NCBI RefSeq assembly: GCF_000306885.1 | Contig: NC_018267.1 | Span: forward strand, 30,001 to 62,000 | Source: Wolbachia endosymbiont of Onchocerca ochengi | GTDB taxonomy: Bacteria; Pseudomonadota; Alphaproteobacteria; Rickettsiales; Anaplasmataceae | DNA: 32,000 nucleotides | Direction of reading: 5' to 3' | In this document: piece by piece, positions 1 to 11,012 of the stretch | Position numbering within the stretch: the first letter of the stretch is position 1 | How the letters are laid out: every line of letters starts with the position of its first letter | Translations under genes and position numbers: made by a program | Notes under the pieces: model-generated | What the model saw: only the letters and a program-made list of their open reading frames with translations | Databases searched by the model: none | Told to the model about the DNA's origin: nothing

Positions 1-1
1 A

Positions 2-973
2 TGCGGAATCTCATCTTTCAATACACATAACGAAATTATTACAGCTAATCATGAAATTTCTGACCGAGACATAAAACGTGTAGTCTCTCAAACATTTGAG
101 AAATACATTGAAGAAAACATTATCATTCACAATATACCACTGAAATATCAATTAGACGACATGACTGATATAAAGGAGGTCAGTGGTTTATATGGGAAAA
201 AACTATCTGCTGACATGAATGTTGTTACTGCTTCGCGTCCGGCACTTACCAACATTGAAAATTGTATAATCAATAATGACGGAATAAGTATGGCTGGTTG
301 TGTTGCTTCTGCGTATTCTGCTGGTTTTGCTTGTCTAAGTGAAGATGAAAAAGAGCTCGGAACTGCTATTGTTGATATAGGGGGTGGATATACTGCAGTC
401 GGAATTTTCAAGCGAGGCAAGCCCATATATGCAAGCAGTATTCCAATCGGCGGTGTTCATATCACTCGAGATATAGCTTATGGGCTATGCACAAGTATAG
501 AATATGCAGAACGTATAAAAATATTGTATGGTAACACTATTATAACCTCAATAGATAAAAACGAATATATTACAGTGCAAAATAATGAAAATGATGAACC
601 AATTCAAGTGCCCAAGTACAAACTTGTTGATATCGTAAGACCAAGAGTTGAAGAAATACTCGAACTAGTAAAAGAGCAATTTCAAGAACAGAAAAACCTA
701 ATTAATAAAGTAATCATCACAGGAGGAACAAGTCAGCTCACAAGCATGAAAGAGATTGCAAGCTACGTATTCAATAAACAAGTCCGTATTGGGTATCCTG
801 AATCTTGTAATGGTCTCGAAGATGAATACAATAAAAATCCCATATTTTCTGCTGCTATAGGTTCCATAAAACTTATAATTGACACTTTTTACAAAAATAA
901 TGCTAGAATGCTCAATCACGATAGTAAAATAGGTAAATTATACCACTGGGTAAAATCAAAGATTACAGCTTAG
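2..973 (+). CDS. ftsA: Cell division protein FtsA, C-terminal part (5' end outside window)
   Basis: Frame 2 is open from base 2 (CGISSFNTHNEIITANHEISDRDIKRV...) into the listed ORF. The actin-like ATPase fold motifs DIGGGYTAVGIF and ITGGTSQL are present. Confidence 0.93.
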   Translation, partial: CGISSFNTHNEIITANHEISDRDIKRVVSQTFEKYIEENIIIHNIPLKYQLDDMTDIKEVSGLYGKKLSADMNVVTASRPALTNIENCIINNDGISMAGCVASAYSAGFACLSEDEKELGTAIVDIGGGYTAVGIFKRGKPIYASSIPIGGVHITRDIAYGLCTSIEYAERIKILYGNTIITSIDKNEYITVQNNENDEPIQVPKYKLVDIVRPRVEEILELVKEQFQEQKNLINKVIITGGTSQLTSMKEIASYVFNKQVRIGYPESCNGLEDEYNKNPIFSAAIGSIKLIIDTFYKNNARMLNHDSKIGKLYHWVKSKITA

Positions 974-1394
974 TGACCTTATCAAGAGAAAGTGAAGAGA
1001 AAGATAACTCGCTTCATAGAAAGGCATATACCATTGCTACATGCAATGATATGATATAATAATTAGAACTTTAACCTAAAAGTAGTGACCACAATCAATG
1101 CACTAACTTCACCTAGAACGCCAAACGACTCACTTTATTTCTAACTTTTCCTTCAACAAAACTTTTGGCTTTATTAACAATCCTTTCTATACGTAGTGCT
1201 TTTTTAATGTTTCATAATGTTGTAAGAAAATTCCATAATTTTTATCATCTATTCAAAGATTAGTATAATCACCTCTCGCTTTCACATAATAAAATTAAGA
1301 TAAAAAATTATTATTTTAAGGTATTGATATATCAATAAAGTCAATAGTAAACTGAAAAATTCTGATTATAATTTACCTTGAGGCTTTTAAATTT

Positions 1395-2720
1395 ATGCTG
1401 AAAATCACTATAGTAGGACTGCCAAACACTGGCAAGTCAACCTTATTTAATAGGCTGGTGGGAAGAAAAGCAGCAGTAGTTAGCAACATTCCAGGAGTAA
1501 CAAGAGACAGACGTGAAGAAGCTGGAAGAATTAGTGATTTGGAATTTAAAGTTATAGATACAGGAGGATGGAACGACCGAACTAACTTTTCATTACAAGT
1601 TATTGAACAAATCGAATTTTCCTTATCTGATTCAGACATAATTTTCTTTCTTGTTGACGCAAAAGTGCAAGATGAGCAAAATAAAAAGTTTGCAAAATGG
1701 CTGAAAAGAAAAACAAATAAACCTGTAATACTCATAGCAAATAAATGCGAGAGTCATAAATCTGAAAATGTTGATTATCTGCAATTTTTTGATTTCATAG
1801 GTCCAGTATATATTTCAGCCGAACACAATCTTGGCATGGTTGATCTTTATAATACTCTATCTAGTGCTATTAAAAATTTAGATCAAGGCACCAAACTATT
1901 GGTTGACAAGTTCAGTAAGTTTAGAATCGCAATAATTGGCCGCTCGAATGTCGGGAAGTCAACCTTTCTAAACAGTTTACTCTCAGAAAACAGACTAATA
2001 ACAAGTTCAGAACCAAGAACTACACGTGATTCTGTGGATATTATATATAATTATAACGGAAAATTAATCACTCTCATCGATACCGCAGGGATCGACAAAA
2101 AAATGAATATTGTAGACAACTTAGAATCAAGATTCATTAAGAAAAGCATAGAATCAATAAAACGTTCTCATGTAGTAATTTTAATGCTAGACTCCATTAT
2201 GGGTATTGAACAACAGAATTTATCAATTGGTGAGAATGCAATCAAAGAAGGAAAAGGAATTATCATTGTTTTAAATAAATGGGATTTAATAAATAAAGAT
2301 GATAGGAGTAAATTAATAAAATTTATAGAGCAACAGAAAGTAACAAGGTTATCTTTGGAAGTGTCAGTGATAACGATTTCTGCATTAAAAGGTATGTATT
2401 GTAGTAATGTGATAGATAAATGCCTTGAAGTAAACCAATTCTTAAACAAAAAAATTAGCACAGCGAAACTGAATAAGTGGCTAATTAGTGCTTTAGATAA
2501 TCATCCTCACCCACTTGTAAAAGGTAGAGCAATTAAAATGAAGTATATCGCCCAAACTGGTACTAAACCTCCTGCTTTTTCTTTAATATGTAACATACCT
2601 AAAAGTGTTGATGAGAGTTATAAACGCTATTTAACTAACGATCTCAGAAAAAGTTTCTTTACTAAAGGCGTACCAGTCAGGTTACTTTTAAAAAAGAATA
2701 AAAATCCTTATGCAAAATAA
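1395..2720 (+). CDS. der: Ribosome-associated GTPase Der (EngA), two G domains
   Basis: Tandem GTPase domains: GLPNTGKST/DTGGW/NKCE and GRSNVGKST/DTAGI/NKWD, followed by a KH-like C-terminus. 441 aa. Confidence 0.97.
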   Translation: MLKITIVGLPNTGKSTLFNRLVGRKAAVVSNIPGVTRDRREEAGRISDLEFKVIDTGGWNDRTNFSLQVIEQIEFSLSDSDIIFFLVDAKVQDEQNKKFAKWLKRKTNKPVILIANKCESHKSENVDYLQFFDFIGPVYISAEHNLGMVDLYNTLSSAIKNLDQGTKLLVDKFSKFRIAIIGRSNVGKSTFLNSLLSENRLITSSEPRTTRDSVDIIYNYNGKLITLIDTAGIDKKMNIVDNLESRFIKKSIESIKRSHVVILMLDSIMGIEQQNLSIGENAIKEGKGIIIVLNKWDLINKDDRSKLIKFIEQQKVTRLSLEVSVITISALKGMYCSNVIDKCLEVNQFLNKKISTAKLNKWLISALDNHPHPLVKGRAIKMKYIAQTGTKPPAFSLICNIPKSVDESYKRYLTNDLRKSFFTKGVPVRLLLKKNKNPYAK

Positions 2721-2727
2721 GGATTTT
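2701..2727 (+). terminator. Possible intrinsic terminator overlapping the der stop codon
   Basis: Perfect 10-bp inverted repeat aaaatcctta/taaggatttt (2701-2710 / 2718-2727) with a 7-nt loop, then gctttactctttt. The TAA stop (2718-2720) lies in the right arm. Confidence 0.5.
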
Positions 2728-2770
2728 GCTTTACTCTTTTAGAGCTCTTTATAATAATTCATTTTAAATT

Positions 2771-3259
2771 ATGCATAATAACTCTAGAGTTTCTATAATT
2801 TTTTTGTTATCAAGTACTTTTGCTCTAATTTTTGCATATGTGCTAGAGTATTTTTTTAATATGCTGCCATGCAAACTATGTATATATGAGCGGATAGTTT
2901 ACTATATTACAGGGTTACTCGTAGTGGTGCATATGCTCAAAAAAAACAAAATTCTAATTTATGCAATGTTTTGTAGCTATTTTATAGGCACAGTAATATC
3001 TTTTTACCATATAGGTCTTGAATTACATTTATTTTATGACATTTTAGGCTGTACAGAACAAGTAGTAGGTGATAATGTTAGCATAGAAGAGCTTAGAAAT
3101 AAGCTATTAAATCCTAATTACTCTCCATCTTGTGACAGACCTAGTTATATTCTAGGTGTTTCCGTAGCAACATGGAATCTTATTTATCTTATAGCAGCTC
3201 TATTTCTATCAAGGAGAATGTATTATGGAGGAAAAAGAAATCTTAAAGTGCAACAGTAA
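2771..3259 (+). CDS. DsbB-family disulfide bond formation membrane protein
   Basis: 162 aa, about 4 TM helices, N-terminal PCKLCIYER (CxxC) and a second pair of cysteines (CTEQ...SPSCDRPSY) as in DsbB. Confidence 0.85.
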   Translation: MHNNSRVSIIFLLSSTFALIFAYVLEYFFNMLPCKLCIYERIVYYITGLLVVVHMLKKNKILIYAMFCSYFIGTVISFYHIGLELHLFYDILGCTEQVVGDNVSIEELRNKLLNPNYSPSCDRPSYILGVSVATWNLIYLIAALFLSRRMYYGGKRNLKVQQ

Positions 3260-3507
3260 TGAGTTTACAGACTGATCTTACCCAGAAAGAGCAAAGAGAA
3301 AGAAGAGTAAAATGTTTTTTATAAAAGAGCATCTATTATAAAGTACATAGGAAGTATGTAGAGTTCTGAAGTAGCTGTGAGTTGCAAGAAGAATAAGCAG
3401 TAGTGGATCGATTCACAAGAACAAAAAATAAAATCAGCACTAACAAAAGTCTTATTACCTTTAAAAGTATGTTATTTAATATGGTTTGAATTACCTTAAA
3501 TAAACTT

Positions 3508-4119
3508 ATGTGGCGCATAACCTTGTTATTTATATTACAGGTAACACTAGTAAGTTGTGGTCTACAAAAACCTTCGCCTGTACTATTTAAAGGCGAAGAA
3601 TTTTACGGGAAAAGAGACCTAGAATATACAAGAGAGTACCATCTCATCAAGAATGATACTGATTCAACAAGAAAAGAAAATAGAAAGACCACTATAAATA
3701 GAATATATAGAGATAAGAATGATGCACAAAACGTGAAAATCAATGAGTCAAACTATAAATTTACAATGCCAGTAAAAGGTACTACTGTCTTTTCTGATAA
3801 GACATGCAAAGATGGAGTAAAAATCGTTGCTCAAAGCGGGACAAATGTAGTTGCTTCTGCACCTGGTAAAATAATATATGTAGGCAAAGGACTTAGGTGG
3901 TATGGAAACTTAATTATAATGGAACACAAAAATAATTACATAACTGTATATTCCTATTTGAAAAATATACATGTTAAAATTGGTGATAAAGTAAAACAAG
4001 GACAAGTTATTGGGTCTGCAGGCAAATCAAGTACACAAGATAAAGATCCACAAATGTGCTTTACAATAAGGCGCAATGGTCAAGCGATTGATCCTTCGTT
4101 GCATATGAACTGTGATTAA
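3508..4119 (+). CDS. Lipoprotein with LytM/M23-like domain (NlpD/EnvC-like, probably non-catalytic)
   Basis: Lipobox-like signal LVSC. The C-terminal beta-lytic fold motifs are recognisable: GTNVVASAPGKIIYVGKGLRWYGNLIIMEH...VYSYLKNIHVKIGDKVKQGQVIGSAGKSS...QMCFTIRRNGQAIDP. Confidence 0.85.
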   Translation: MWRITLLFILQVTLVSCGLQKPSPVLFKGEEFYGKRDLEYTREYHLIKNDTDSTRKENRKTTINRIYRDKNDAQNVKINESNYKFTMPVKGTTVFSDKTCKDGVKIVAQSGTNVVASAPGKIIYVGKGLRWYGNLIIMEHKNNYITVYSYLKNIHVKIGDKVKQGQVIGSAGKSSTQDKDPQMCFTIRRNGQAIDPSLHMNCD

Positions 4120-4131
4120 ATTTGGATTTAT

Positions 4132-6672
4132 ATGAAATATGATTTTAAAACCGTTGAAAAATTTTATCAAAATAAGTGGAATTTCTCTGTAAGCAAGAAT
4201 AGCAAACGAGATAAATGTTATGTGTTGGAAATGTTTCCATATCCATCTGGCAAAATTCATATGGGACACTTGCGTAACTATACAATAGGAGATGTAATAG
4301 CACGTTATAAGAGAGCGCGTGGATTTGAGGTTTTGCACCCAATTGGCTGGGATGCATTTGGATTACCAGCTGAAAATGCAGCAAGGGAGAACAATATTAA
4401 CCCCGCAATTTGGACAAAAGAGAATATAGATAATATGCGTATGCAACTGAAATCTATAGGTCTTTCCTATAATTGGGAGCGTGAACTCTCCACGTGTGAG
4501 CCTGATTATTGTAAACATGAGCAAAAACTTTTTTTAGATCTTTTAAGGCATGGGCTTGCTTACCGAAAAGAGTCATGGGTTAACTGGGATCCAGTAGACC
4601 AAACAGTACTTGCGAATGAACAGGTAATCGATGGAAAAGGCTGGCGTTCAGGTGCAATTGTTGAAAAACGTAAGTTAACCCAGTGGTTTTTAAAGATTAC
4701 TGATTTTGCTGAAGATTTGCTCAAGTGCTTGCAAAATTTAAAGAATTGGCCAGAAAAAGTAAAAACAATGCAAGAAAGTTGGATAGGAAAATCTAAAGGC
4801 ATCACTATAGAATTTGAAATAATCGGTTTAAACAAAAAATTGAAAATCTTTACAATTCACCCTCACACTTTATTTGGAGCTTCCTTTTGTGCAGTGGCAG
4901 CAGAGCACCCTATTATAAAGAATTTCAAAAACAAAAAAATACAAGATTTTGTCGATAATCTGAAAATAAAGGGGAAAAATGACGAAAAAATTGGAATTTA
5001 CACTGGATTAAATGTCAAACATCCATTTCTTGATAGGGAGTTGCCACTCTATGTAGCGAATTTTATATTGACAGAATATGGAGAAGGTGCAATTTTTGGG
5101 TGTCCTGCACATGATCAGCGTGATCTTGAATTTGCACAAAAATATGATTTACCAATCATTCCTGTAATTTGTGAAGAAGGAACACAAAATATAGATTCTT
5201 TAAAAAAAACATGTATCAATGATGGAGTGATGTTTAATTCTGAATTTTTAAATGGATTGACGGCTAGTAAAGCAAAAGAAGTAGTCATCAAAAAGCTTGA
5301 AGAAAAAGGAATAGGTAAAAAAACTGTAAACTATCGCTTACATGACTGGGGAATCTCAAGGCAACGTTATTGGGGATGCCCTATACCTATTATATATTGT
5401 AAAGATTGTGGTACTATTCCAGTACCAGAAAAAGACCTTCCTGTAACTTTACCACCGGACGTAGAATTTACAAGCGGTGGCAATCCACTTGATAAACACC
5501 CAACATGGAAATTTGTTGACTGCCCAAAATGTGGAAAACAAGTGGAGCGTGAAACTGATACATTTGACACTTTTTTTGAATCTTCTTGGTATTTTGCTGC
5601 ATTTTGTAGTGAAGATAAGTTTATCAATAAGGATGCTTGCAACCGTTTTATGCCTGTCGATTATTATATAGGTGGAATAGAACATGCAATCTTGCACCTG
5701 CTTTACTCACGATTTTTCTGCCGCGCTTTAACTAGATGTGGTTATTTTGACATTAAGGAACCTTTCTCTACCTTAATCACTCAAGGAATGGTTTGTCATA
5801 CAACTTATAAAGATGAAAATGGTAAATGGCTATTTCCTGAAGAAGCAAAAGAATTAGTAGCACTAGGTTTAAAAATCCAAGTTGGTAAGGTCGAGAAGAT
5901 GAGCAAATCGAAAAGGAATACAGTTGATCCAAATTTTATCATAAGAAAATACGGTGCAGATACTGCCCGTTTGTTTGTATTGTCTGACACTCCTCCAGAA
6001 AAAGACATAGAATGGTCAGACAACGGTATAGAAGGCTGCTTCCGCTATATAAATAAATTATGGCGTATGGTAATGCAATTCAAACCTATTGTTATCCAAA
6101 ATCAATCCCCTACCATCCAAGTAGCCGACACCGAGATCAAAAAAGGAAATATGTTATCACATACTGAAATAACACCAGATAAAAATGTTACAAATAAACT
6201 TTTAGAGTATAGAAAGAAAATGCACAAACTCTTACACGGGCTTACAGATGACTTAGAAACCTGCAAATTAAATTGTGCAGTGGCAAAATTCCGTGAGATG
6301 ACGAACTTAATAGCCGAAATAGATATAAAGAACGGAAAATCACTCATTGATGAAAGTATATGCACCCTAATCAGAGTAATCGAACCGTTTATACCACACT
6401 TAGCCGAAAGCCTATGGCAAGAAATAGGGGGTGAAGGCATGCTATATCTACAGCCTTGGCCAGAAGTTGCTAAGTCACTACTGATTGATAACGTAGTAAC
6501 TGTAGCAGTGCAAATCAACGGGAAATTGAGTACAATAATTGAGGTAGCAATTAATCTGCCTAAAGAAGAATTGAAGAAAATAGCAATGAGTTCTGTATCC
6601 AATAAGATAGATCAAAACAAAGTTCGAACTATATATACTGTACCAAACAAAATAGTAAACATAGTTGTGTAA
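4132..6672 (+). CDS. leuS: Leucyl-tRNA synthetase
   Basis: 846 aa class I synthetase: [12 protein letters not shown] (HIGH), KMSKSKRN (KMSKS), CP1 editing domain and the SSWYFAAF motif. Confidence 0.98.
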   Translation: MKYDFKTVEKFYQNKWNFSVSKNSKRDKCYVLEMFPYPSGKIHMGHLRNYTIGDVIARYKRARGFEVLHPIGWDAFGLPAENAARENNINPAIWTKENIDNMRMQLKSIGLSYNWERELSTCEPDYCKHEQKLFLDLLRHGLAYRKESWVNWDPVDQTVLANEQVIDGKGWRSGAIVEKRKLTQWFLKITDFAEDLLKCLQNLKNWPEKVKTMQESWIGKSKGITIEFEIIGLNKKLKIFTIHPHTLFGASFCAVAAEHPIIKNFKNKKIQDFVDNLKIKGKNDEKIGIYTGLNVKHPFLDRELPLYVANFILTEYGEGAIFGCPAHDQRDLEFAQKYDLPIIPVICEEGTQNIDSLKKTCINDGVMFNSEFLNGLTASKAKEVVIKKLEEKGIGKKTVNYRLHDWGISRQRYWGCPIPIIYCKDCGTIPVPEKDLPVTLPPDVEFTSGGNPLDKHPTWKFVDCPKCGKQVERETDTFDTFFESSWYFAAFCSEDKFINKDACNRFMPVDYYIGGIEHAILHLLYSRFFCRALTRCGYFDIKEPFSTLITQGMVCHTTYKDENGKWLFPEEAKELVALGLKIQVGKVEKMSKSKRNTVDPNFIIRKYGADTARLFVLSDTPPEKDIEWSDNGIEGCFRYINKLWRMVMQFKPIVIQNQSPTIQVADTEIKKGNMLSHTEITPDKNVTNKLLEYRKKMHKLLHGLTDDLETCKLNCAVAKFREMTNLIAEIDIKNGKSLIDESICTLIRVIEPFIPHLAESLWQEIGGEGMLYLQPWPEVAKSLLIDNVVTVAVQINGKLSTIIEVAINLPKEELKKIAMSSVSNKIDQNKVRTIYTVPNKIVNIVV

Positions 6673-7044
6673 AAATCTGAGTAGTGCATCTTTAATTCTA
6701 TAATTATATTTCTTAATATAAGAAAATATGTACTTGTGCATTGTATACATTTTCCCCCGTATAAGAACATATATGAAAATGAAGAGATTACGCACTTTAG
6801 CTATGTTGCTCACCTTATCTTTAGCAAATAGCTAACAACGTAGTAATTGATTTAGAAGGTCAATACCCTCTATACAGGTTTAAACTTTAGTGCTAAATAG
6901 AGTAATAATCTTATTACGAAATCCAACGTTATTTTTGGTCAGATTATAACAAAAATCCCAGCTCGAACTTAAAGTTCTTAGTAAGGTTTAATCACTAAAG
7001 AATATATGGGCTAGATTATTAGCAAACTATCCTTACTATTTTAA

Positions 7045-7350
7045 CCCAATACTAACCCGAGATTTCATGTTGGTACAGGTTCAATAAGTAAATCTCCAAA
7101 TAAATATCCTTTTTTTAGTATCACTGAAGATATACCAGAGCCACAAAAAATGAGAAGCACTCTTAGTGACATGCTTGATCTTGTTAAAGACCTAATTACA
7201 GACTAAAAAAAAAGAAAAGAATATAAAAAGTCACCAATAAAAAAAGAACTGAAACCTATACGGCGAAAGGTAAAACAAAAAATCATCAGTAAAAGAAAAG
7301 TAAAACCACTAGCGGGAGAAAAAACAAAGCCTACAATAACGAAAAAATAA
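7045..7350 (+). pseudogene. Decayed protein-coding remnant, family unknown
   Basis: Frame reads PILTRFHVGTGSISKSPNKYPFFSITEDIPEPQKMRSTLSDMLDLVKDLITD* (stop 7204-7206), then stays open in the same frame as a Lys/Arg-rich tail to TAA at 7348-7350. No start codon or homologue recognised. Confidence 0.3.
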
Positions 7351-8329
7351 CAAGCGTAACAATAGATGAGAAAGAAATGCTACCCTCTGGTGGACAAAAT
7401 ACTGAATTCTATTCTTAGAAACTGAAAGTTAATGTTGATTTTACAAAATTACTCAGCAGGTAGTTACACAATTGGTATTACTGCAAATAAGTGATTTAAA
7501 AGCGAAACATATACTATGGGTAACAATGCAACTTTTTGGATAATTAAAATATTTATTCAATATTTATGTGCAATCTAAAAAATGTTTGACTATGGACAAA
7601 GTTATGCACGAATTAAAATAATCTTACCAAAAAAAATAAAGGAAAAATTTAGAATAGTTTCTTATAAAAAGAATGACCAATCAAAATATTCAGAAATATA
7701 TTAGCTAATAGTGGAATATCCATGCTTAATTTAGCAATAAAGGTTTCTATATATTTAAAATAACAGTTCCAATACTCTTTTTAGAGTATTTAGAACTAAA
7801 CCATCGGGTTTTGAAAACAAAAGAGCAAGAATACTAACGGCCTATAATTTCAACATCCACAATAGAAAAACTAATGTTTACTGAATTTAAGCAAATAGCC
7901 TATCTGAAAATCTAATCCAGATTTACGTTATGAAAACATATAATAACGGCACATTTTGCTTATCAAAAACACTACTATTTAGCAAACTAGCGGCAGCAAC
8001 TGCGCTTTACTAAGTAAAACCTTATAAATACAACTTAAGAATAAGTACCAATAAGATCCTGCTAGTAGATTATAGCTATATACCTTGAGAGCCTGAATAA
8101 CTTTAATGCTCAACATCAACTTTAATCATAAGCTTTTCCTTGTTCTTTTGCTCCTTCTACAACTACATGTTGTTCCCTATGAAGATTATCCCGTTTTGAA
8201 CTACTTTTATTTTCAGTACCTTAAGTTTCTTTTTAAAAATATCAAGGTTACTCCTGAGCTACAAAATTTTACTCTACTTAAGAAACTTTCCCTTTTTTAG
8301 CCTATTCACAGCTTCTTCCTACCTATAAT

Positions 8330-8367
8330 GCAGAATGAGAAGAAATTTAGCAGCTTCTGCTTTTTTT
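8330..8367 (+). terminator. Weak terminator-like hairpin plus T-run
   Basis: gcagaa (8330-8335) / ttctgc (8355-8360) followed by ttttttt. The loop is long. Confidence 0.25.
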
Positions 8368-8443
8368 ATATTTTTAGGAACTTATTTGTTAATGGGTTCC
8401 TTCTTACTTATTTCATGTACCATATATTCTTATCCAGCACACA

Positions 8444-8517
<74 letters not shown>

Positions 8518-8874
8518 TTCAAGTATATATACAATTATCAACGAATTTTCGTCAACTAATTTTTAAAATTATCAAAATACTACATAATAAAATAATATGA
8601 GAAAACTTCCATTGAAACCAAAAAAGACTTTAGGATAAAATTTTATTTTTATTAAGCGAAACAACAAAAAATAGTCCTTTTTAGCTGGTAGTCCGGAAGA
8701 TTTTAATATTATCAAAATTAGTTCTAAATATAATATCTTAACAAGAAAGATGCTAGCACATAAATCAAGAGTTCCTGATTGCTGTAGAAAGAAAGCTAAT
8801 ATAATACCTGATCAAAATTATTGCAACCTACCTTATAATTTTTCGGTAGCATTGTTTTAAAAGTGGTTAAATAA

Positions 8875-9114
8875 TATAAAGTTCCCTACAAGTTTGACAT
8901 TAATGTTTCAGAAGAAGGCGGTAAGTTACATTATAACAAAACCCAATTCTAAAAATTATGGCTTTTTTCTATTGATACCAAACCAAGTAGCAACAAACAT
9001 TTGAAAAACTTAACTATAGAAAAATTTTGTTTACTAGCAAATGATACACAAAAAGAACTATTTAATAGTCAGATGGCATATCAAATTGAGATATTACAAA
9101 TTAAATATAATTAA
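8875..9114 (+). pseudogene. Decayed protein-coding remnant, family unknown
   Basis: One frame: YKVPYKFDINVSEEGGKLHYNKTQF*KLWLFSIDTKPSSNKHLKNLTIEKFCLLANDTQKELFNSQMAYQIEILQIKYN*. A single internal stop at 8950-8952 with composition like real coding sequence. Upstream in-frame stops at 8836 and 8872. Confidence 0.35.
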
Positions 9115-9508
9115 TAAATTCTAAAACATAATTATTAATAATAGTTGACAACTTCAATAAACACTTCATTAATGAATCAACACTACAACAACGGAAAATG
9201 CCCTGTATCTTTGCCGAATTATAGTCGCTCTCACAAACTAAGTAGTATAGCTTAAGCTTACCATATTCTAGCTATGTTAAAATGACTCCCAAAAAGATTT
9301 ATCTATCAATAAAATTGAATTTGATTGTGAAAGTGATAACCCTACTATAAATGTAACTTTAGATCCAGAATACAGAAAATATTCAAGTTATCAAAAAAAG
9401 TGAGTAAAAAAGACTGTACTACAGAGTATATATCAATCTTAAACCTTGACTTTACTTTATAGAATTCATACTTTACTTACTGATGTATTTTAAGTTTTTT
9501 TAATAAAA

Positions 9509-10234
9509 ATGGCATTAAATCCGCTAGAACAATTTAAAATATATACAATAATAGAGTTACCTAGATTATTCGGGTACGACATAAGTTTTACCAACTCATC
9601 TCTTTTTATGATGATTTCAATAATATCAGTTGCACTTTTCTTGCTCTTAGGAGTAAAGCAGAAGTCAGTAATACCAGGATATTTACAAGCTGCAGTTGAG
9701 TGTGTATATGATTTTGTCATTTCAATAATAGAAAATAACACTGGAAGCAAAGGATTGAAGCATATTCCGTTGATATTCACAGCATTTATTTTCACTTTAT
9801 CGTGTAATTTAGTTGGTATCCTTCCCTACAGTTTTACAGTTACAAGCCATGTGATAGTTACTTTTGCCTTATCGACAATAGTTTTTATTTATACAACTGT
9901 TGTTGGATTCAAAGAAAGAGGAATAAAATTTCTACGTATTTTATTACCAGAAGGTACTCCATCATGGCTTGCTCTAATGATGGTTTTTATCAAGCTATTT
10001 GCTTACCTCTCAAGACCTATAAGTTTATCAATTAGGCTTGCTGCAAATATGATTGCAGGTCATACAATTATTAAGGTAATAGCAGGGTTTATTGTGAATA
10101 TGCATTTAGCTCTAACTCCTATACCGTTTTTGTTTATAATTGCCCTAATAGGGTTTGAAGTGTTTGTTGCAATTTTACAAGCCTATATATTCACCTCTTT
10201 AACATGTGTATACTTGTCAGATACAGTAAAGTAA
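9509..10234 (+). CDS. atpB: F0F1 ATP synthase subunit a
   Basis: Helical a-subunit signature [27 protein letters not shown]. Followed by atpE and the b subunits. Confidence 0.96.
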   Translation: MALNPLEQFKIYTIIELPRLFGYDISFTNSSLFMMISIISVALFLLLGVKQKSVIPGYLQAAVECVYDFVISIIENNTGSKGLKHIPLIFTAFIFTLSCNLVGILPYSFTVTSHVIVTFALSTIVFIYTTVVGFKERGIKFLRILLPEGTPSWLALMMVFIKLFAYLSRPISLSIRLAANMIAGHTIIKVIAGFIVNMHLALTPIPFLFIIALIGFEVFVAILQAYIFTSLTCVYLSDTVK

Positions 10235-10295
10235 TTGACTTTATCTTTAGAGCATTTTACAATTAATCCTACAAGGAAATGGTTGAAGGTAATAT

Positions 10296-10523
10296 ATGGA
10301 TTTAGTAGCTTTAAAGTTTATAGCAATCGGGTTAAGTGTACTTGGCATGCTTGGAGCTGGTACTGGTGTAGCAAATATATTTTCTACCATGCTAAATGGA
10401 CTCGCGAGAAACCCTGAATCAGAAGATAAGATGAAAAAATACGTCTATACAGGAGCAGCTTTAGTTGAAGCAATGGGGTTATTTGCATTTCTACTTGCAT
10501 TGCTATTAATATTCGTTGTCTAA
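10296..10523 (+). CDS. atpE: F0F1 ATP synthase subunit c
   Basis: 75 aa hairpin: GLSVLGMLGAGTGVANIF...NGLARNPE...AALVEAMGLFAFLLALLLIFV. Confidence 0.97.
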   Translation: MDLVALKFIAIGLSVLGMLGAGTGVANIFSTMLNGLARNPESEDKMKKYVYTGAALVEAMGLFAFLLALLLIFVV

Positions 10524-11004
10524 TATGCCGCAACTCGACGCTTCAACTTTCTTTTCTCAAGTTTTTTGGTTTTTAATTTTTTTCTCTTCGCTTTTTTTTA
10601 TAGTATGTCACTTATTTTTACCAAAGTTAGATGAAATAATAAACATCAGAAACAAGAAAGTATTGGATTCTTTTAATAGTTCTATTCGTCTTCTAGAACT
10701 TACAGAAAACCAGGTTACTAGGTACAACTTGGCTTTAAACAAAGCTAGAACACAGGCAAAAAAGGTTGTGAGCAATGCACTTGTTCAAGTAGAAGAAATG
10801 AGAGCAAGCGTAAAAAATATAATAGAAGAGGAAGATAAAAAAATAAATAAGCTTGTTGAAGAAAAAGTAGCAAAATTTAAATCTGAATATATCGATGAAT
10901 TAAAGCAAACAGCTATCGGTATCGCTTTAATTTACTACAATAAGTTAACTAATTCTGAAATTGAAGAGGAATTTGTTGCTAACTTGATATTCAAAGAATT
11001 TTAG
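10516..11004 (+). CDS. atpF': F0F1 ATP synthase subunit b' (first b-type subunit)
   Basis: Starts MPQLDASTFFSQVFWFLIFF, typical of alphaproteobacterial b'. Long coiled-coil body. Overlaps the atpE stop by 8 nt. Confidence 0.88.
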   Translation: MSNMPQLDASTFFSQVFWFLIFFSSLFFIVCHLFLPKLDEIINIRNKKVLDSFNSSIRLLELTENQVTRYNLALNKARTQAKKVVSNALVQVEEMRASVKNIIEEEDKKINKLVEEKVAKFKSEYIDELKQTAIGIALIYYNKLTNSEIEEEFVANLIFKEF

Positions 11005-11012
11005 AGGTTTTT

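Noticed and set aside
148-426. 92-aa minus-strand ORF
   Set aside because: Lies entirely antisense to the well-supported ftsA coding sequence. No recognisable domain.
1373-1735. 120-aa minus-strand ORF
   Set aside because: Antisense shadow ORF of der.
974-3330. Faint similarity between gaccttatcaagagaaagtgaagagaaag (after ftsA) and gatcttacccagaaagagcaaagagaaaag (after the dsbB-like gene)
   Set aside because: Purine-rich and short, probably convergence of composition. Not supportable as a repeat without alignment statistics.
3336-3518. 60-aa minus-strand ORF
   Set aside because: Short, Leu-rich, no homologue recognised. Sits in an AT-rich spacer.
8106-8300. 64-aa plus-strand ORF (MLNINFNHKLFLVLLLLLQLHVVPYEDYP...)
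   Set aside because: Short low-complexity Leu-rich ORF in decayed DNA. A weak hairpin plus T-run follows, but there is no clear ribosome-binding site or family. Not called as a gene.
9490-9795. 101-aa minus-strand ORF
   Set aside because: Antisense to atpB.
10235-10417. 60-aa plus-strand ORF
   Set aside because: Overlaps atpE in another frame. atpE is unambiguous.
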